From contig NW_026782031.1 of assembly GCF_031769215.1 (NCBI RefSeq), positions 1-64,000 on the forward strand: a stretch of DNA of 64,000 nt. Reading direction: 5' to 3'. Under the pieces are notes generated by a model. That model searched no databases, was not told the DNA's origin, and saw only the letters and a program-made list of their open reading frames with translations. Positions within the stretch are counted from its first letter, which is position 1, and each line of letters begins with the position of its first letter. This document shows, one piece after another, positions 23,127-38,400 of the stretch. Origin of the DNA: Ylistrum balloti. Its lineage: Eukaryota. The position numbers and the translations under genes were made by a program.

Positions 23127-26100
23127 TCAGTAGAAAGGATCACAACCCTGCCATTTGATGGCTGCACCATACCATCTGTGGATGAAAAAAAGTTGATGAT
23201 TATTGAACAGAAACATGTGAAAGGAACAGTAACAGTTATGGTGCAATTCTAAAACTGTTTAAAGTTCAAAACAATTTCGCTTTTCAACTTTTCTAACATC
23301 TGCATATAAATGTTGTTTTTTGAAACTCTTTTTTGATGTATTCCATAGCCCTGTGTTCGTCAGTTAACAGGTACATAGTATTCATTGATTGGGTAACTCT
23401 TTATAGGTATATGAAAATAAAGTCGATAACAGATGTCTTCTTGTCTGTTTGCAGAGTATATGCCATGTAGACACCTAAGTAGTTACTGTTGGCAACCTCA
23501 ATGAACAGCATAAGGGAGGTCAATCATATGCCATTCAGAGTAATCAGGGAAAAAGTAAGAAAACAAATTCAACAGCAAACCTCAACCAGTCAATTTCTCC
23601 GCTACCTGAGAAAAAAAAGTAGGGAGCCTCGATCAACACACTTCGGACATTCACCTGAGGTGGCCAACGCTCGACCAACAGAGCTGTTGTAGTCACCAGA
23701 TGTTCATTAGTGTTCAAGAGCAATATGTTTATATTCAGCAGTTAATGTAACTAAAGGTTAAGTATTAATTAAGAAGTAAGTATCATTGCACATATTTTCA
23801 CAGAATACAAGACAAATGTTAGAAATATTTTCTATAAGACAAATATTAGAAATATTTTCTACAAGACAAATATTAGAAAAATTTTCTATAAGACAAATGT
23901 TAGAAAAATTTCCTTTAAGAAATGTGTTCGAAAAATTTTCTATAAGACATATGTTGGAAAAATTTGCTATCAGAGAAATATGTTAGAAAAATTTTCTAAC
24001 AGACATGTTAGAAAAATTTTCTATCAGACAAATATTAGAAAAATGTTCTATAAGATACATGTTAGAAAAATTTCCTTTAAGAAATATGTTAGAAAATTTT
24101 TCTATCAGACAAATGTTAGAAAAATGTTCTATAAGATAAATGTTAGAAAAATTTCCTTTAAGAAATATTTTAGAAAATTTTTCTATCAGACAAATGTTAG
24201 AAAAAATTTCTATAAGACATATGTTAGAAAATTTTGGTATCAAACAATTTAAGAGTTGACATACTTTGACATTATGATGTGCTCCAGGGACGGAATCTTG
24301 TCATCTTCCTTCCGTCGCATCAGATGTGTCTGTCCTTTAACACTGCGACCATGTCTTGTTTCTTTGAAAAGAAGTTGATACGTGTATATATGTGTTCACA
24401 CGTGTATATATGTGTTCACACGTGTTCATGTGTGTTTATATGTGTTAATACACATATATCTGAAGTTTATCAAAATGAATATAGAATTCAAACATAAAAC
24501 ACATATACATGGGAACAAAATAGAATCCAAAGAAGAAACCAACAGACAGTAAGAAAAACCTGCAGAAAATGTCTATAAAGGACCAAAATCAAACCTTTAA
24601 AAGTTTATATATCACTATGCAGTTTAGCATGTTAACATGTTTTTAATATGTCCTATTCAGATTTAGAAAGATTTATTTTTACTAAAATCCATTTTTGTTT
24701 ATTATGCTTCCTGAAACATTCTAGGGGAGCATATCTTTACTGCTTTGTCTGTCCATCCTTCCCTCCTTTCTTGTCCGCAGCATAACTTTGCTCACAGTTA
24801 AGAAAGAATCATAAACCTTTGTGTATATATTGGTCATACTCAATGTACTATACACCAATCCAAGGCCCACAACCCCTTAATTACAGAGTTATTGCCCTTT
24901 GTTAAAATTTCCCATCTGGAGCATAATCTTATATTGTTGCATTTAAACTATGGAAATGTAAATTAACATTGGTCAAATTTTGGTCATACTAAGACTTGTT
25001 CCCTGAACATAACTTTGCTTGCATTAACACAATGATAATAAAACTTGATTGCATACACTGATTATACCAAGATGATGTGCATTGTACAAGAGTCAGGGTC
25101 TGTAACCCCTTAATTACAGAATTATTGCCCTTTGTTAAAATTTTGTTTCCAACAGAATTGGCGTTTGGGCTTATTTATCCACTGTTTTGTTAATGACCTA
25201 TATTGAGTTTATAGGGTTTGTGGGCTTATTCAAAATCAGTACTGGCCTATATTTAGTATAGAAGGTTTGTGGGTTTATTCAAAATCAGTACTGACCTATA
25301 TCAAGTATACAGGGTTTGTGGGCTGCCAGTCCTGTGTAGTAGTATAGTGAGAAGCGATTCTCCACCCTCCAGTCAGAAACAAGGTCTATTTTATTGCTGA
25401 ACAATAAACCAATCTGACCATTGGTACTAGTCAGCCATAATGGCAGTTTAGGAGTCTTCAGCATACTGCCAACCTATGGAAATATAGAATAGAGAAGACT
25501 GATTATAACTGTACGCCATACAGACATCCTCGGAGTGGTCTTCATGAATACAATGAAACGGTTGAAATAAATATATAAATCATAAAAGTACAATAACATA
25601 AAAATACCTGATCATCGTGCAAATAAAATTTAATGAAATCATTGAAGAAGCTAAAATTTTGGGGAGAATATTAATTGTTTTTCAATATCAGAAAATATAT
25701 TTCTCTTATTGGCCTTATTAATAGGTGTGCAGTAAAAGGCTGTTAACACAGTATAAATACATGATAACAGTACAAGCGTGAATTTTCATGGGTGTTTTAT
25801 TTATATTGATTTCATAGATATTTGTAATCTGCAAAGTCTAGGTCTGTAAAATGATAAACAGTTCAAACTGATATTAAAGTGCATTACTAAAACTAAACAT
25901 GAAGTGCAAACAAAAAAAGTTATTCTAAAAACCATGAATTAGGAGTCGCACAAAAAACCTAACTTTACAGTAAAGCACTTTAAAAAATGACAAGAATTTT
26001 GTAGATAGTCTTAAAAGTATTATAAAACAGATTTCTACAATGTAAACAAAACCCTGAAACAGATTGCTATGATGTAAACAAACCCTGAAACAGATTGCTA

Positions 26101-29100
26101 TGATGTAAACAAACTCTGAAACAGATTGCTACGATGTAAACAAACCCTGAAACAGATTGCTACGATGTAAACAAACCCTGAAACAGATTGCTACGATGTA
26201 AACAAACTCTGAAACAGATTGCTACGATGTAAACAAACTCACTTCAGTCCTAGCGTTCGTTTGTTCTGCCTTATCATAGTATAAGAAACCAATGGTACTT
26301 CTGACTTGTATACCTCTCCTTGGCTTGGCCTGGAAAAACATTAAAATATGTTATCATACAATGTGGGTATCCGTCTATTTTGAGATGTTATCAGTTATTC
26401 TACCATATAAAGTAACATGATATGTTTTTGTAGAATTTTTGACCAGTGTAACTTTCCTCAGCATTTACAATACCACCCCTCACTAAGCCAGAATTGTAGG
26501 AAATGGTATTGCAGCCTCTGTTCCTATAGCTTTATAAAGTACTCAGTGTTTTCCAAATGATAATACCACCAGGTTTTGTAACATTTAGACACCTAAATAA
26601 AAAACAGTGTCACCAACTTCTATCCATATATTTTCTGGTCATAGGCCTTCAAAATAGAGGATGCTGATAAAGAAAGGAAAAGACCTTATCATCAGTTATA
26701 TTGTATAGTTATCACATCTGTATATACAATGTTTTATGTTATGTATCAATATAAATATGGCTGTATAAACTCAAATTTTTTTTTTTTTGAAATTTCCAAA
26801 TGCAAATCAAAATTAACTAACATTAGTTAGCTAATTAGCGATGCTGAAAAAGAACCCTATCTTCCCATTAAAATTAAAATACATTTAGCATCAGCTTAAA
26901 TTTGTTTAAAAGTGAACATTTTAAAAAATAAGTTGAGTTTATAGGACAAAGGGAGTTATTTCTCTTCAACAATACTTGAAAAGTTCAAATTATTAAGCAC
27001 ACTTTGCAAGTGGATTCAAAGCTTCAAAGCACCTCTAAACAAACACACTGCAGTATATCATATTGTACAGAAGATTAACATATATGTGTGTGATTATAAG
27101 CAGCTCTAAACAAGAATTTTTAATGACAAACAACAAATAACAGTACACAAAAAGTAAACAACTTATGAAATCAATTCTAACTTGTTAGATGTGAAGTTAA
27201 CCAAAATGTGGCATTAACAGAAAAGTTTTTGTTTTCAAAAGTTCATTTTCTTTCAAGTCAAAGCGTATATAACACAGGTATAGAGAAAAGGTCTGATAAA
27301 AACTCATTATATAACACTAGATATATATTATAGATTCAGCATTGTAAGCATTGCAATATATTTTACTCCACAGATCAGCAATTCTAAAGGAATAATTACA
27401 AACATTGTTTAAGTGATCTGATATCTTACCTCTGAAGGGTTGAATTATCAAACAGTTTCAATATCATACATTGATTGTATAACATTTTACATATGCAAAC
27501 TTGATGATTAAATCTGGACTTAGAAATTCTGAATAATTATGGCTGTAGGATTGCTTTCTGTGGCTCATAAAACTCCACTTTAAGGTTACACAGAATACAA
27601 TGTCATAGGTAGAAGGTAGTCAGCAAGCTCCTCTACACGCAAGGTATATACTAACACTACTAGTTATATTGTATGTTAGTAAAAAGTACTCCAGACAGCA
27701 GAACTCCACAAACTGATAAAATTAGTTCGATCTATTAGACACTCCTTTTCAAAATGAAGATTTGAAACAAAAATAACAGGCTCCACTTTAAGGGAAAATG
27801 CTGAAGAAAATTATCTAGAATTTTTTCCTCCATTTCAGATGTTTGAATTTGCATGAAAATAATTTCTATGAATTTTTATTCTTTCTTAAATAAGTATGAT
27901 AACTGACTCTTTGAAGCAGCCATTTTGGATTATAATCATGGTGCCCGTTATGTTTGTAGTCATAGTGGAACTTACATCTTCTTCATTCATTTCGTCTGGA
28001 TTGGGGTTACGTTGGTCACGGGCATTAATAGGTTCATCATCCTGTTTCACATATTCATGCAGTGATTTAAAACCAGGTTGAAAGTCATATCCCTGTTATC
28101 AATTCCTCTTAAAGCTAATTTATAAAATTCAACTTTTCAAAAGACCAAACTCCTCAATGATGCATACCAAACTACATGTATCTATGTATCCAGCTGAATC
28201 ATTGTAAGTGGACAAATGTAACCTCTGCAAGTCAGGGGTGGACCTATTAAGGATATTGTAATAGTACTTGTTGGTAATTCTACTGAACAGCAAGTAACGG
28301 TAGATTTATAATCAGGTATGATGTCATTGTCAGTTAAAAATGTGCTACCATACACGTTTTATTGACTGTGAATTTTGTAAAAGTTAGAAAATATCTTTAT
28401 CAGCACTTTTGTATAAATTTTTAGAGATCAAAGTGATATTTCTAATGTAAATGTGTTTTTTCATCTTTAGAAATCTCATTTAAATGAAAATGTTTCATTC
28501 CCTGATAAGGTTTTTTTCTGGTAGAAAGAACTCTTTTGGAGTTGAAGATTCATATGCCACTGTAAGGTAGCATATAGCCTTAAATGGACTAAATGGTTAG
28601 ATTTCTTTGTTTTTTTACTTTAGGAAAGCATTGTCATACATAAAATTAGACTATCCACAAAATTAAAGCACTTTTTTTCAGAATTATTGATAAAAATAAT
28701 CAGCTTCAAACTGACACTGGTCAACACTTGCTGTTGTGTCTACCACCATTCCCTGTTTTGATCATAGATAGCTAAGTTCATCATGTGACCCTCTGCTTTG
28801 TTATGATTTCTAAATTTGTGCAAACACTCATTGATCGATAGTGGTATGAATAAGTGTTGTGTCACTCCTATTTTATCTTAATTTTTGATGTTTTTGATAA
28901 AATTGTCATGTAAAGTTTTAGATATTAAAATTAATAGAAAATGCACAATTTTCCAATGAATATTTAAATGTTACTATGAATTTTATCAGTTATGTAACGA
29001 AAATCTAATGATTTAGTGCCTTTAACCATTTAACAACATTGATATCTTTCTCAAATAAATTGGTGCAAAACTCATACCAAATCAGTCATTATATATAGGA

Positions 29101-32100
29101 CAGTGTGCTTATACAGTGATACATGCATGGTAAACATCAGTGCCCCTCCGTACATGCAAAAATATAGGCAAAGGTATTTTATATTGCTTTTTTCGATCTG
29201 GTACTTAAAATTTCAAATTTTTATTTACTTTAATTGCAATTTTGTCTTGAAACAACAGGATTATAACATAAACAATTTCTCATGTACTGTATTGTTGTAA
29301 ATTTACAGAAAAAAAAATAAAGATATTTTATTTTTCAAAATCTAAAATTCATATATGAATATACTTTTACATATTGATAGAATCTTTAAACTATTAAATT
29401 TCATGACATCCTTCCTCTCAAATGTAATAATCACACTGTGCTCTAACAAACAAGACATAACTTAAAGAAATAATGTTCTCAAAAAAGAAAAAGCAAAATT
29501 CTCAAAGATATTCAATGTTTTAACTTATACATTTTTCTATTTTTTTTTTCAAACAAAAATAAACAGGAAGTTTTGTGATGCGTACCAGTACTTTGACATC
29601 TTCGCCATATATGAGATTATTATTATGGAGATAAGGCGTAGCCATGCCAGTCATCAATAGGTTAAGAAGGGCCATAGTGCAGTCTTCATTGTCTGTTAGT
29701 AACTTCCTTTGTCGGTCATCTTCTTCCATCTGTAAATCCTCATAGATCCTGTAATATTATAAGAAAATGCTTTTATTTCTGTCTAGTTATACTTAACGAC
29801 ATCATCATTCTTTCTCCCCCAGGTATGTGGCCATAGTAAGGGAGATAACTCAAGTTGCTAAACCAGAGTTTTGAGTGCCCAACTTGCAGAGAAGAAAAAC
29901 CTGGTTACATCTCTTCAAAATGAAGACGAAGAGGGTATTTAAGGGATTATCAAGAACAAAAAAGAATCTCAAGTTATAAAATTTGTATGCATTTATGTAA
30001 CAATCTTGGTTACGTTTAAATATTATTTTAACTTAAAACTGATTTTGAATTTTGTGATTCTGAACATTGACAATTAAAATTAGGTGACTACAGCATTTTT
30101 TCTCAATTGGAGGTCAGGTTATAGCCAACATCTGGCTGACTGTTGAGGTCAGGTGAGTGGCCGGTACTACTACACAGGTGACCAGATAGATTGTCACATC
30201 TGAACAGATACATCCTTGGAGACTGTATTTTCCAGTGACTTCTCGAAATTACAAACTTGACAAAATGTTGCAAATAAATTCTGATTAATGACCTTAGTTT
30301 ATCTAAATGCAGGACTTACTTTATCTGTGAATCTAAGTCTAAGACAGAATGATGTTGCTATAGGGTTAACTTGTACTTACAGCACTCACTTAGCTGTGGT
30401 CCTAGACAGGATGATGCTGTTATAGGGTTAACATGTAATTAAAGTACTCACTTAGCTGTGGTCCTAGACAGGATGATGTTGTTATAGGGTTAACATGTAA
30501 TTAAAGTACTCACTTAGCTGTGGTCCTAGACAGGATGATGTTGTTATAGGGTTAACATGTAATTAAAGTACTCACTTAGCTGTGGTCCTAGACAGGATGA
30601 TGCTGTTATAGGCTTAACATGTAATTAAAGTACTCACTTAGCTGTGGTCCTAGACAGAATGATGTTGCTATAGGGTTAACTTGTACTTACAGCACTCACT
30701 TAGCTGTGGTCCTAGACAGGATGATGTTGTTATAGAGTTAACTTGTAATTAAGTACTCACTTAGCTGTGGTCCTAGACAGGATGATGCTGTTATAGGGTT
30801 AACATGTAATTAAAGTACTCACTTAGCTGTGGTCCTAGACAGGATGATGCTGTTATAGGGTTAACATGTAATTAAAGTACTCACTTAGCTGTGGTCCTAG
30901 ACAGGATGATGCTGTTATAGGGTTAACATGTAATTAAAGTACTCACTTAGCTGTGGTCCTAGACAGGATGATGCTGTTATAGGCTTAACATGTAATTAAA
31001 GTACTCACTTAGCTCTGGACCTAGACAGGATGATGTTGTTATAGGGTTAACTTGTAATTAAAGTACTCACTTAGCTCTGGACCTAGACAGGGTGATGTTG
31101 TTATAGGGTTAACTTGTAATTAAGTACTCACTTAGCCGTGGTCCTAGACAGGATGATGCTGTTATAGGGTTAACATGTAATTAAAGTACTCACTTAGCTG
31201 TGGTCCTAGACAGGATGATGCTGTTATAGGGTTAACATGTAATTAAAGTACTCACTTAGCTGTGGACCTAGACAGGATGATGCTGTTATAGGGTTAACAT
31301 GTAATTAAAGTACTCACTTAGCCGTGGTCCTAGACAGGATGATGTTGTTATAGGGTTAACTTGTAATTAAGTACTCACTTAGCTGTGGACCTAGACAGGA
31401 TGATGCTGTTATAGGGTTAACGTGTAATTACAGTTCTCACTTAGCTGTGGACCTTTGTTATAGGGTTAACTTGTAATTACAGTACTCACTTAGCTGTGGT
31501 CCTAGACAGGATGATGCTGTACAAGAACATGATACAGCCATTGTTTCCCTCTCTGCGAAACTAGAACACAGATACAGAATAACCATACATTAAATACACT
31601 ACAGCAGTAAGTGATCTAAAGTATTTTATCCAGTCATAATCAATTTTCTCACAAATTGAAGATTTTACTCTCACATACAAATAATGTAGCTCTACATTAT
31701 GAACAATATAATTCTTTGGACAATTTATTTGATTTTTTCTCATTTTTTAGATCATTTTAGCTACCGGCTCTAAATACTTATATCTGAGAATTTAATTGTG
31801 CAAATCATGATTAAGTGATTATAAGACTGCAGTGTACTTGAATTTTGAAGCAAAGACAATGTATAATTGAAAAATTGCACCAACTTCTTCAAATCATGTT
31901 CTCCGCAAGGTTTCTCACACATGCAACCTTAAAATATGTATCAGGAAAGATGATTTTTTATTGTATTCTACGTAAACTTTCACAGTAAATTTACCTCTGT
32001 CCAGTGTCTATTCATAAACATCTCCAGGTCCTTGTAGTTCTTGAATTCAAATAATAAAATCTGAAAATTTAAATAATGTAAATCAAATGTACTGTAATCA

Positions 32101-32456
32101 TATAGTGTATAATCATTGCCTATAATTAGAGTGATAACATAAAACTAACACAAGAGGCCCCAAGGGCCTTAACAGTCACCTGAATCACAATGGTTCTCGT
32201 AACATGTCATAGAAATGAAGAAATAAACATTGTACACACAATGCATAACATTAACTGCTGTCCCATACAAAGTACAAAGGCTTTCAACCAAGTTTGAGTT
32301 AAAGAAATAAAATTCAAAAATTTGATTTTCCTATTTAAAATCTTCCATCCATAAACAGTAGAACATCTTTGAAATTTCAGTCAATTTGATCCATTCTTGG
32401 CCTGGCCCATCAGCCCCTTGGGGTCAACCAAGGTCAAGAGGGAAATGTGAGACCCT

Positions 32457-32490
<34 letters not shown>

Positions 32491-35400
32491 TGAAATTTAC
32501 AATCTTGATTAAGCCTCTGAAATCCATCCATCCATAATTTAAATCTATTTGATTCTACTATCCTGGGAATTTGAGAAGAAGATTTTTGAAGTTTTAAATC
32601 AATTTCACCCTTTTGGCCCATAATAATTAATGATTAAGGGATTTAATTACAGGTACCTAATTTCTGCTGGTAATACTGTTGAAACTGGAATGTTACTACC
32701 AGGAAAGGGCTTAAACCAAAATAAATACAGCAAACAAATTGTTGATAATTTAAATATAATTTAAAATTTACCTTCTCTGTGATTCCATCATCCCGACAGC
32801 GATAGTCATTAGGGAAGCATCGGTCAACCTGTTGTAGACAAATACAGCACCGCCGATTTTCACCAACTTTCCACAAAATTTGACACATCGCTGATATCAG
32901 AGCACGCTTCCTTTCAAACTCATTTGGCTGAAGGGCACTTTTAAAAAGTTTCAAAAAAGATAATCAAATTCACGTAAACAAAATTAAAGAGTATCATTTT
33001 AGTGACAATATTTAGGAGTGGAGGTGAGGAGATGGGGATGGATTGGATATTTCAACAGTAATATTTTAGTGGTAATATTAGTTTGGGCTTGAAAGTGGGA
33101 GGCAACCATACCTGCCAAATTTCCTGATTTTTACTCCTTGGCTGTTAACTGGTAGAGGTGTCAGAAATAACGGTAATGTAATGACCAGTTACAAAAAAAA
33201 AAAATTGTGAGGTATGAGGGTACCTTTTACCAAAACTGATTTAGTAGTGAAAGTATCATTAGGTTTTATATAAGTGAGAACAATTTTTTTTATAAAATGT
33301 CTTTTGACAGCAATATTTCTATCATATCAATGTCTGCGATGTGATGAAATTTAGAATGTAACAGTTTAGAAGTAATATTATTTTGGTAGTTCAAGTGTGA
33401 AACATGTATGAACAATTCAAGTTTTTTGTTTTTGTGGGTTTTTTTCTTTTTTTTTTTTTCTTACCAAATTGAAGTTGCTTAATTTATGTAGTTTTAAAAA
33501 AGATTTAGCACACACTTTTACCTGATTCCTAAGGATCAACTGAAGGATTTTCTAGGTTATTGAGCTATAACACTAAAAATGGAATATATGCAAAGAGTAC
33601 ACCCCTTTACCTGTGTTAATCCTTATAACTTTATCACAGACTGCAATATTTATCACATTTATAACAGATTGTTTTCTCTGATTTCTTACAACACTATTGG
33701 CCAACCAAACATGATATTACAAAATGATGCAAATTTTTATTTCATGGAATGAAAATAGAAACAAATTGACCAGTGCAAGTGCTTGTTTTAGAGAGAACTG
33801 AATTACTGTTGAAAGATCTTTAATGAAATTCTAAAACTGCAGAGAAACAGTTAAACTGTACCTGAAGACATGCAAATTTTCTACGAAAAAAACCCTAAAA
33901 AAACACTACCTCTTCACAGAATTTAATTCATAGATTTTTTGACATGTGGTAGACAGCAGTGATAATTAGATTGAATTTTAGTCTTTGTGATGAACATTGA
34001 TAATCTGATAAAGAGTTATATTACTGATTACAGTATTTAAATGAAAAGCTTCTTCATACTCTCTGTAACTGTGTGTTATATCTCCTTTCATCATCAATAC
34101 AAACACCAATCATGTATAATTATTCATTTTGGTATTGTAAATACATATATGTACTGGCATGTCAGGGAGGGTCCAGAGATGTGTTGGACTCCAAACCTAA
34201 GCCTAAATGGAAAAATATCACCGATAAAAAGTTACTACTTATATTTGCCAAATACAAAATATATTTCATATACTCTATAGACGTTTTACGACAACTTGAC
34301 CTTGTAACCTTATCCTGCAGTCAAGTGACTTCTCATTTTATTGCAGTCAATTTTGATTAAAATTTTTGAAGATAATATCTAGCAGTAAAAATTTCGATAA
34401 GATAAGATAAAAATATATATAACATATAAAAATACCTGGCGTGATCTGAATCATCAAAAATTTAGAAAATTTATCTTTATTTTCATTCCGTTGCTAAAAA
34501 ATGCATGTGATCTGAGGTCTAATGATAAATTATGGATAAAAAATCAGATTTACAATCCAGGTGATTTTGTTGCCTGAGGGAAACAAAGATTTAGGAAGGT
34601 ATACTTTGATATGGTATATTTGGGTGAAATCAGACGGACAGACAGATGGATGGACGTCTGTCTTTAGGAGTAGTTGTGAGGAGATATGTTTTGTCCTTTG
34701 ACTTGTGGGTTATGATGCACACTATTTCAAAGACTTTGAAAAATCATTAAATTTCCATTCATTCTGTTGCTAAACTAGCACTTGTACACTAAAGTCTAGT
34801 GATGGATGATATGTAAAAACATTTCATCGCCTATAGAAAAGATTTTGCAACGGAATGAAGTGCAATTGAAATACGCAACTAGTCCTAAAGGAGTGCTTCC
34901 TTTTTTTTTTCAATTTAGAACTCTTCGACAGCCACTATCACTCATGATAAACATGAGGTAACGTGAGGTTATCTGGAATATTCATTATGAAGTCAATCAA
35001 TCAATAGTGAACCCAAAATACTGAATTATCTTTCTTCAAATCAAGTTTCACAAGCTAATCTTAATCTACTGGCTCAATAATTAAATTTTAATATTTCATG
35101 TGTTTGATATCACTTCTGTAGAGTTACAGGGCTACCTATATAGTCACTTGTGGACCTTATCATAGAAATATCATCATCAATTGTAGGTTCATGTTTCAAA
35201 CCTTTACAGAGAAAATATTGCATCGACAATATTCCTTACCTACATCATCTATAACAGTGTCTCACATCTAGTTTGTCTCCCTAAGTTTGATCTTAAAAAA
35301 ATATTGATAAACTTTTCACAATTTGTCTAATTTTATTCATCTCTGTTATCATAATGATTTATAATCACTTCATTTAGCTTTTAATTTCATTTGTAGTGAA

Positions 35401-38400
35401 AATCAGAAATAATTTCTTCCAAGATACCGAACAATAGTCCAGATGGTGATCAACATTTCAACAAAGAGCAGTGGTAGAATCAGTCCTATGAATGACATGG
35501 TGTTCAACAGCAATAACTGTTATTTGTAATCTTAAATCCCACACAAGTTCAGGAAACAAAATAATTCAATATCGTTGATACTTGTTTTAATATATCATTA
35601 TTTTTGTAAATTATTATCAAATATTATAGGAATATGTAAAAAGATTTTATTTATTTATAGATTTTTTTGAATGTGTAAGAATTTTACAAATTCAAGCTGA
35701 TCTATTGCTTTTTATTTTTATGAATTAATACTTTTATATTGAATTTCAATAAATTAAAACAAATAAACTTTAAAAAAATCGATATTCTCTCACTTTATCA
35801 TTCCAGTTAGGATCTTTTCTCTTGCTCGATATATATAGATTTACAAATGAGGATACCTGAGGATGTGAAAAAGTCAGCCCTAAAAATAAATTTGGGGTAA
35901 CTCACACAATACTTACCTCCGTATGAGAGCTAGTGAAGCAAACTGACGATCAAAAATGAGACTCTTTAACAGATAGGCCTGTATAGCTAATACAAGGCCA
36001 CGCGAACCGCTCTGTAAGTGAAGTGTGCAAGCAGAATAGACAGTTATTTATACAGAATGGTAGGAGAGTTATACTCAAACTGATACCTTTTACAAAGATT
36101 TTAATTGTTAAGATTACAGAAACCAGAATGAAAAGCTTCAAATATAACTCCGAGTTATCTACTAACACAATATTACAAAACTGAAAATGTATTTTATCCT
36201 AAACACTGTTGTGTTGTTTGTAATTTATCAATTACAAAATAATGAAAAAAAGAGTCCCACCTATGAAGAAAAAAAACACAATTAAAACCTTAAGGTATCA
36301 ATTTAAGTATTATAGAATCATAGTGGTTAAATCTATATTTCTAAAAAAGAAATTAAGCAAAATTCCAGAAAGTGAAGGATGCTGTTTTATCACCAATTAT
36401 CTAGCTATAATGTTAATGAAATATGAATTAAGATATATAAAAGTTATTTTTTAAATTAGCAAAGAATTTTTTTATAATCATTATTGTACATTAAAGACAT
36501 TGTTTCTGAGCAAATAAAATCCCACCTTTCCATCATTATTATCATTGTCCTCAGTAAACAACCTAGACCAGGAGGGGCTAGGTTTTAACTTAAGGATATA
36601 TGCTACCACATACCAATCTTGATTTAAAAAGAATTCTTACTTAAGTAACCCAACAAAGTGTCTCTTTTAAACAGCTTATTTGGACTTTAATGATAATATA
36701 CTGAAATATCAATTTGGAAAAAAAATATTCAAGAAAAGTGTGGAGGTAACATTCACCCTTAAGTGAAGATGGCTGACAATAGCTATTTTTAAGCATTTTT
36801 TTTCACCTGTTTAAACAGTTATAATTCCCAGACTATGATAGCTATTATCAAAATAGTTAGTTGAAAATTAATTGACATTCATGATAAACAAAATCATCAC
36901 TTCTGTCTTTTCCTTTTGACTGATAAAGCATTTTGCATTTAAATGACATTTGTGGAGAAATATCTGGAATGGATAATGTACCCTGAGTGTCTGTAGTCCA
37001 TAGGAAAATGGTCCAGAGATATCATAGAAATCTATAGTTGATTTCCTCCATTCTGTGGAAAAGAAATGGACCTGACTTGCCCATGATCCAAAGATCATGT
37101 GTTTGAGAGCCTGGAAAAAGAAAGAAAAGAGTAAATTTAAAAGTCTATTGTGATTTAAATCACAAACATACAGACTTGGGCCTTAAAAGGACACATGAGG
37201 ATACATGACTGTTTCTTTTCTGTGACCTACTGATGCTATCCATATGTATATATATTATGTTAACAATGCAAGTATCAACCGCAACAAGCTCAGGATAAGT
37301 TGGTAGTAGGTATAGGTATATATGATGATGATGCTCTTAGGAAACATTTTCCCTGACTACCAGATGTAGGCCCTTTCCAGTTATAAAGAAAACTATTTGT
37401 GCCCTCACTTTCAGATGTAAGCCTTTTCCATAGTAAAGAAAACTATCTGTGCCCTGGCTACCAGATGTAGCCCTTTCCTATTATAAAGAAAATGATCTAT
37501 GCCCTTACTTTCAGATGTAGGCCTCCTCTATTATAAAGAAAACTATTTGTGCCCTGGCTACCAGATGCAAGACTTTTCCATTATAAAGAAAACTATTTGT
37601 GCCCTGGCTACCAGATTTATGCCTTTTCTATTATAAAGAAAACTATTTGTGCCCTGACTGCCAGATGTAGGCCTGTTCCATAATAAAGAAAACTTTTTGT
37701 GCCCTCACTATCAAATGTAGGCTTTATCCATTATAAAAGAAAACATTTTTTGTCCTGACATTGAACTGGTCCTTGTCTAAGTCACAAGACCTCTTCATTT
37801 AAATTAGGGATTAAGGGTGTCCTGATCATTTAGGCTCCATCATACATTATGATATTCCAGAACAATGAAGCCAGCATTTGTGTTAAAGGTCAAGGTCAAT
37901 GAATCCCCAATACTCTGTACTATATATCTGTCAGTCCTTTACCTAGATTTCTAGTTTTCAATAATTAACTCATGTTAACAAAACAGTAATTAGTAACAAC
38001 AGGTGTGGTGGAAGCCCAACATCCCTGCAGGGTATTCAGTTCCATATACATAGTTGTGGTGGGGATCCAAGGGTGGATACTCAAGTATTCAGTGCAGGGC
38101 TCATCAGGGAAGAATAAATATAAGTTACATTATGATGTTTGCAACTAAGGTACAATAACAATTAAGGTCATGTACTTTAATTGCAAACAACATCATAATG
38201 TAACTGGTGTGCTCTGAAGACGGCCTCCTTTGGGCCGTAACATGTCAGCATGTAGGATGTAATTTAAACAATACGCTATGCAGTGGATCCATGTGTGTTG
38301 TGCCTCATCCTTTCTACTTTAAAACAGTAATTAGTGTTTTCAGTTATCTAATTATACTTGTATTTTCATATTCTGTCACTAAACAGCAGTACATACATCG

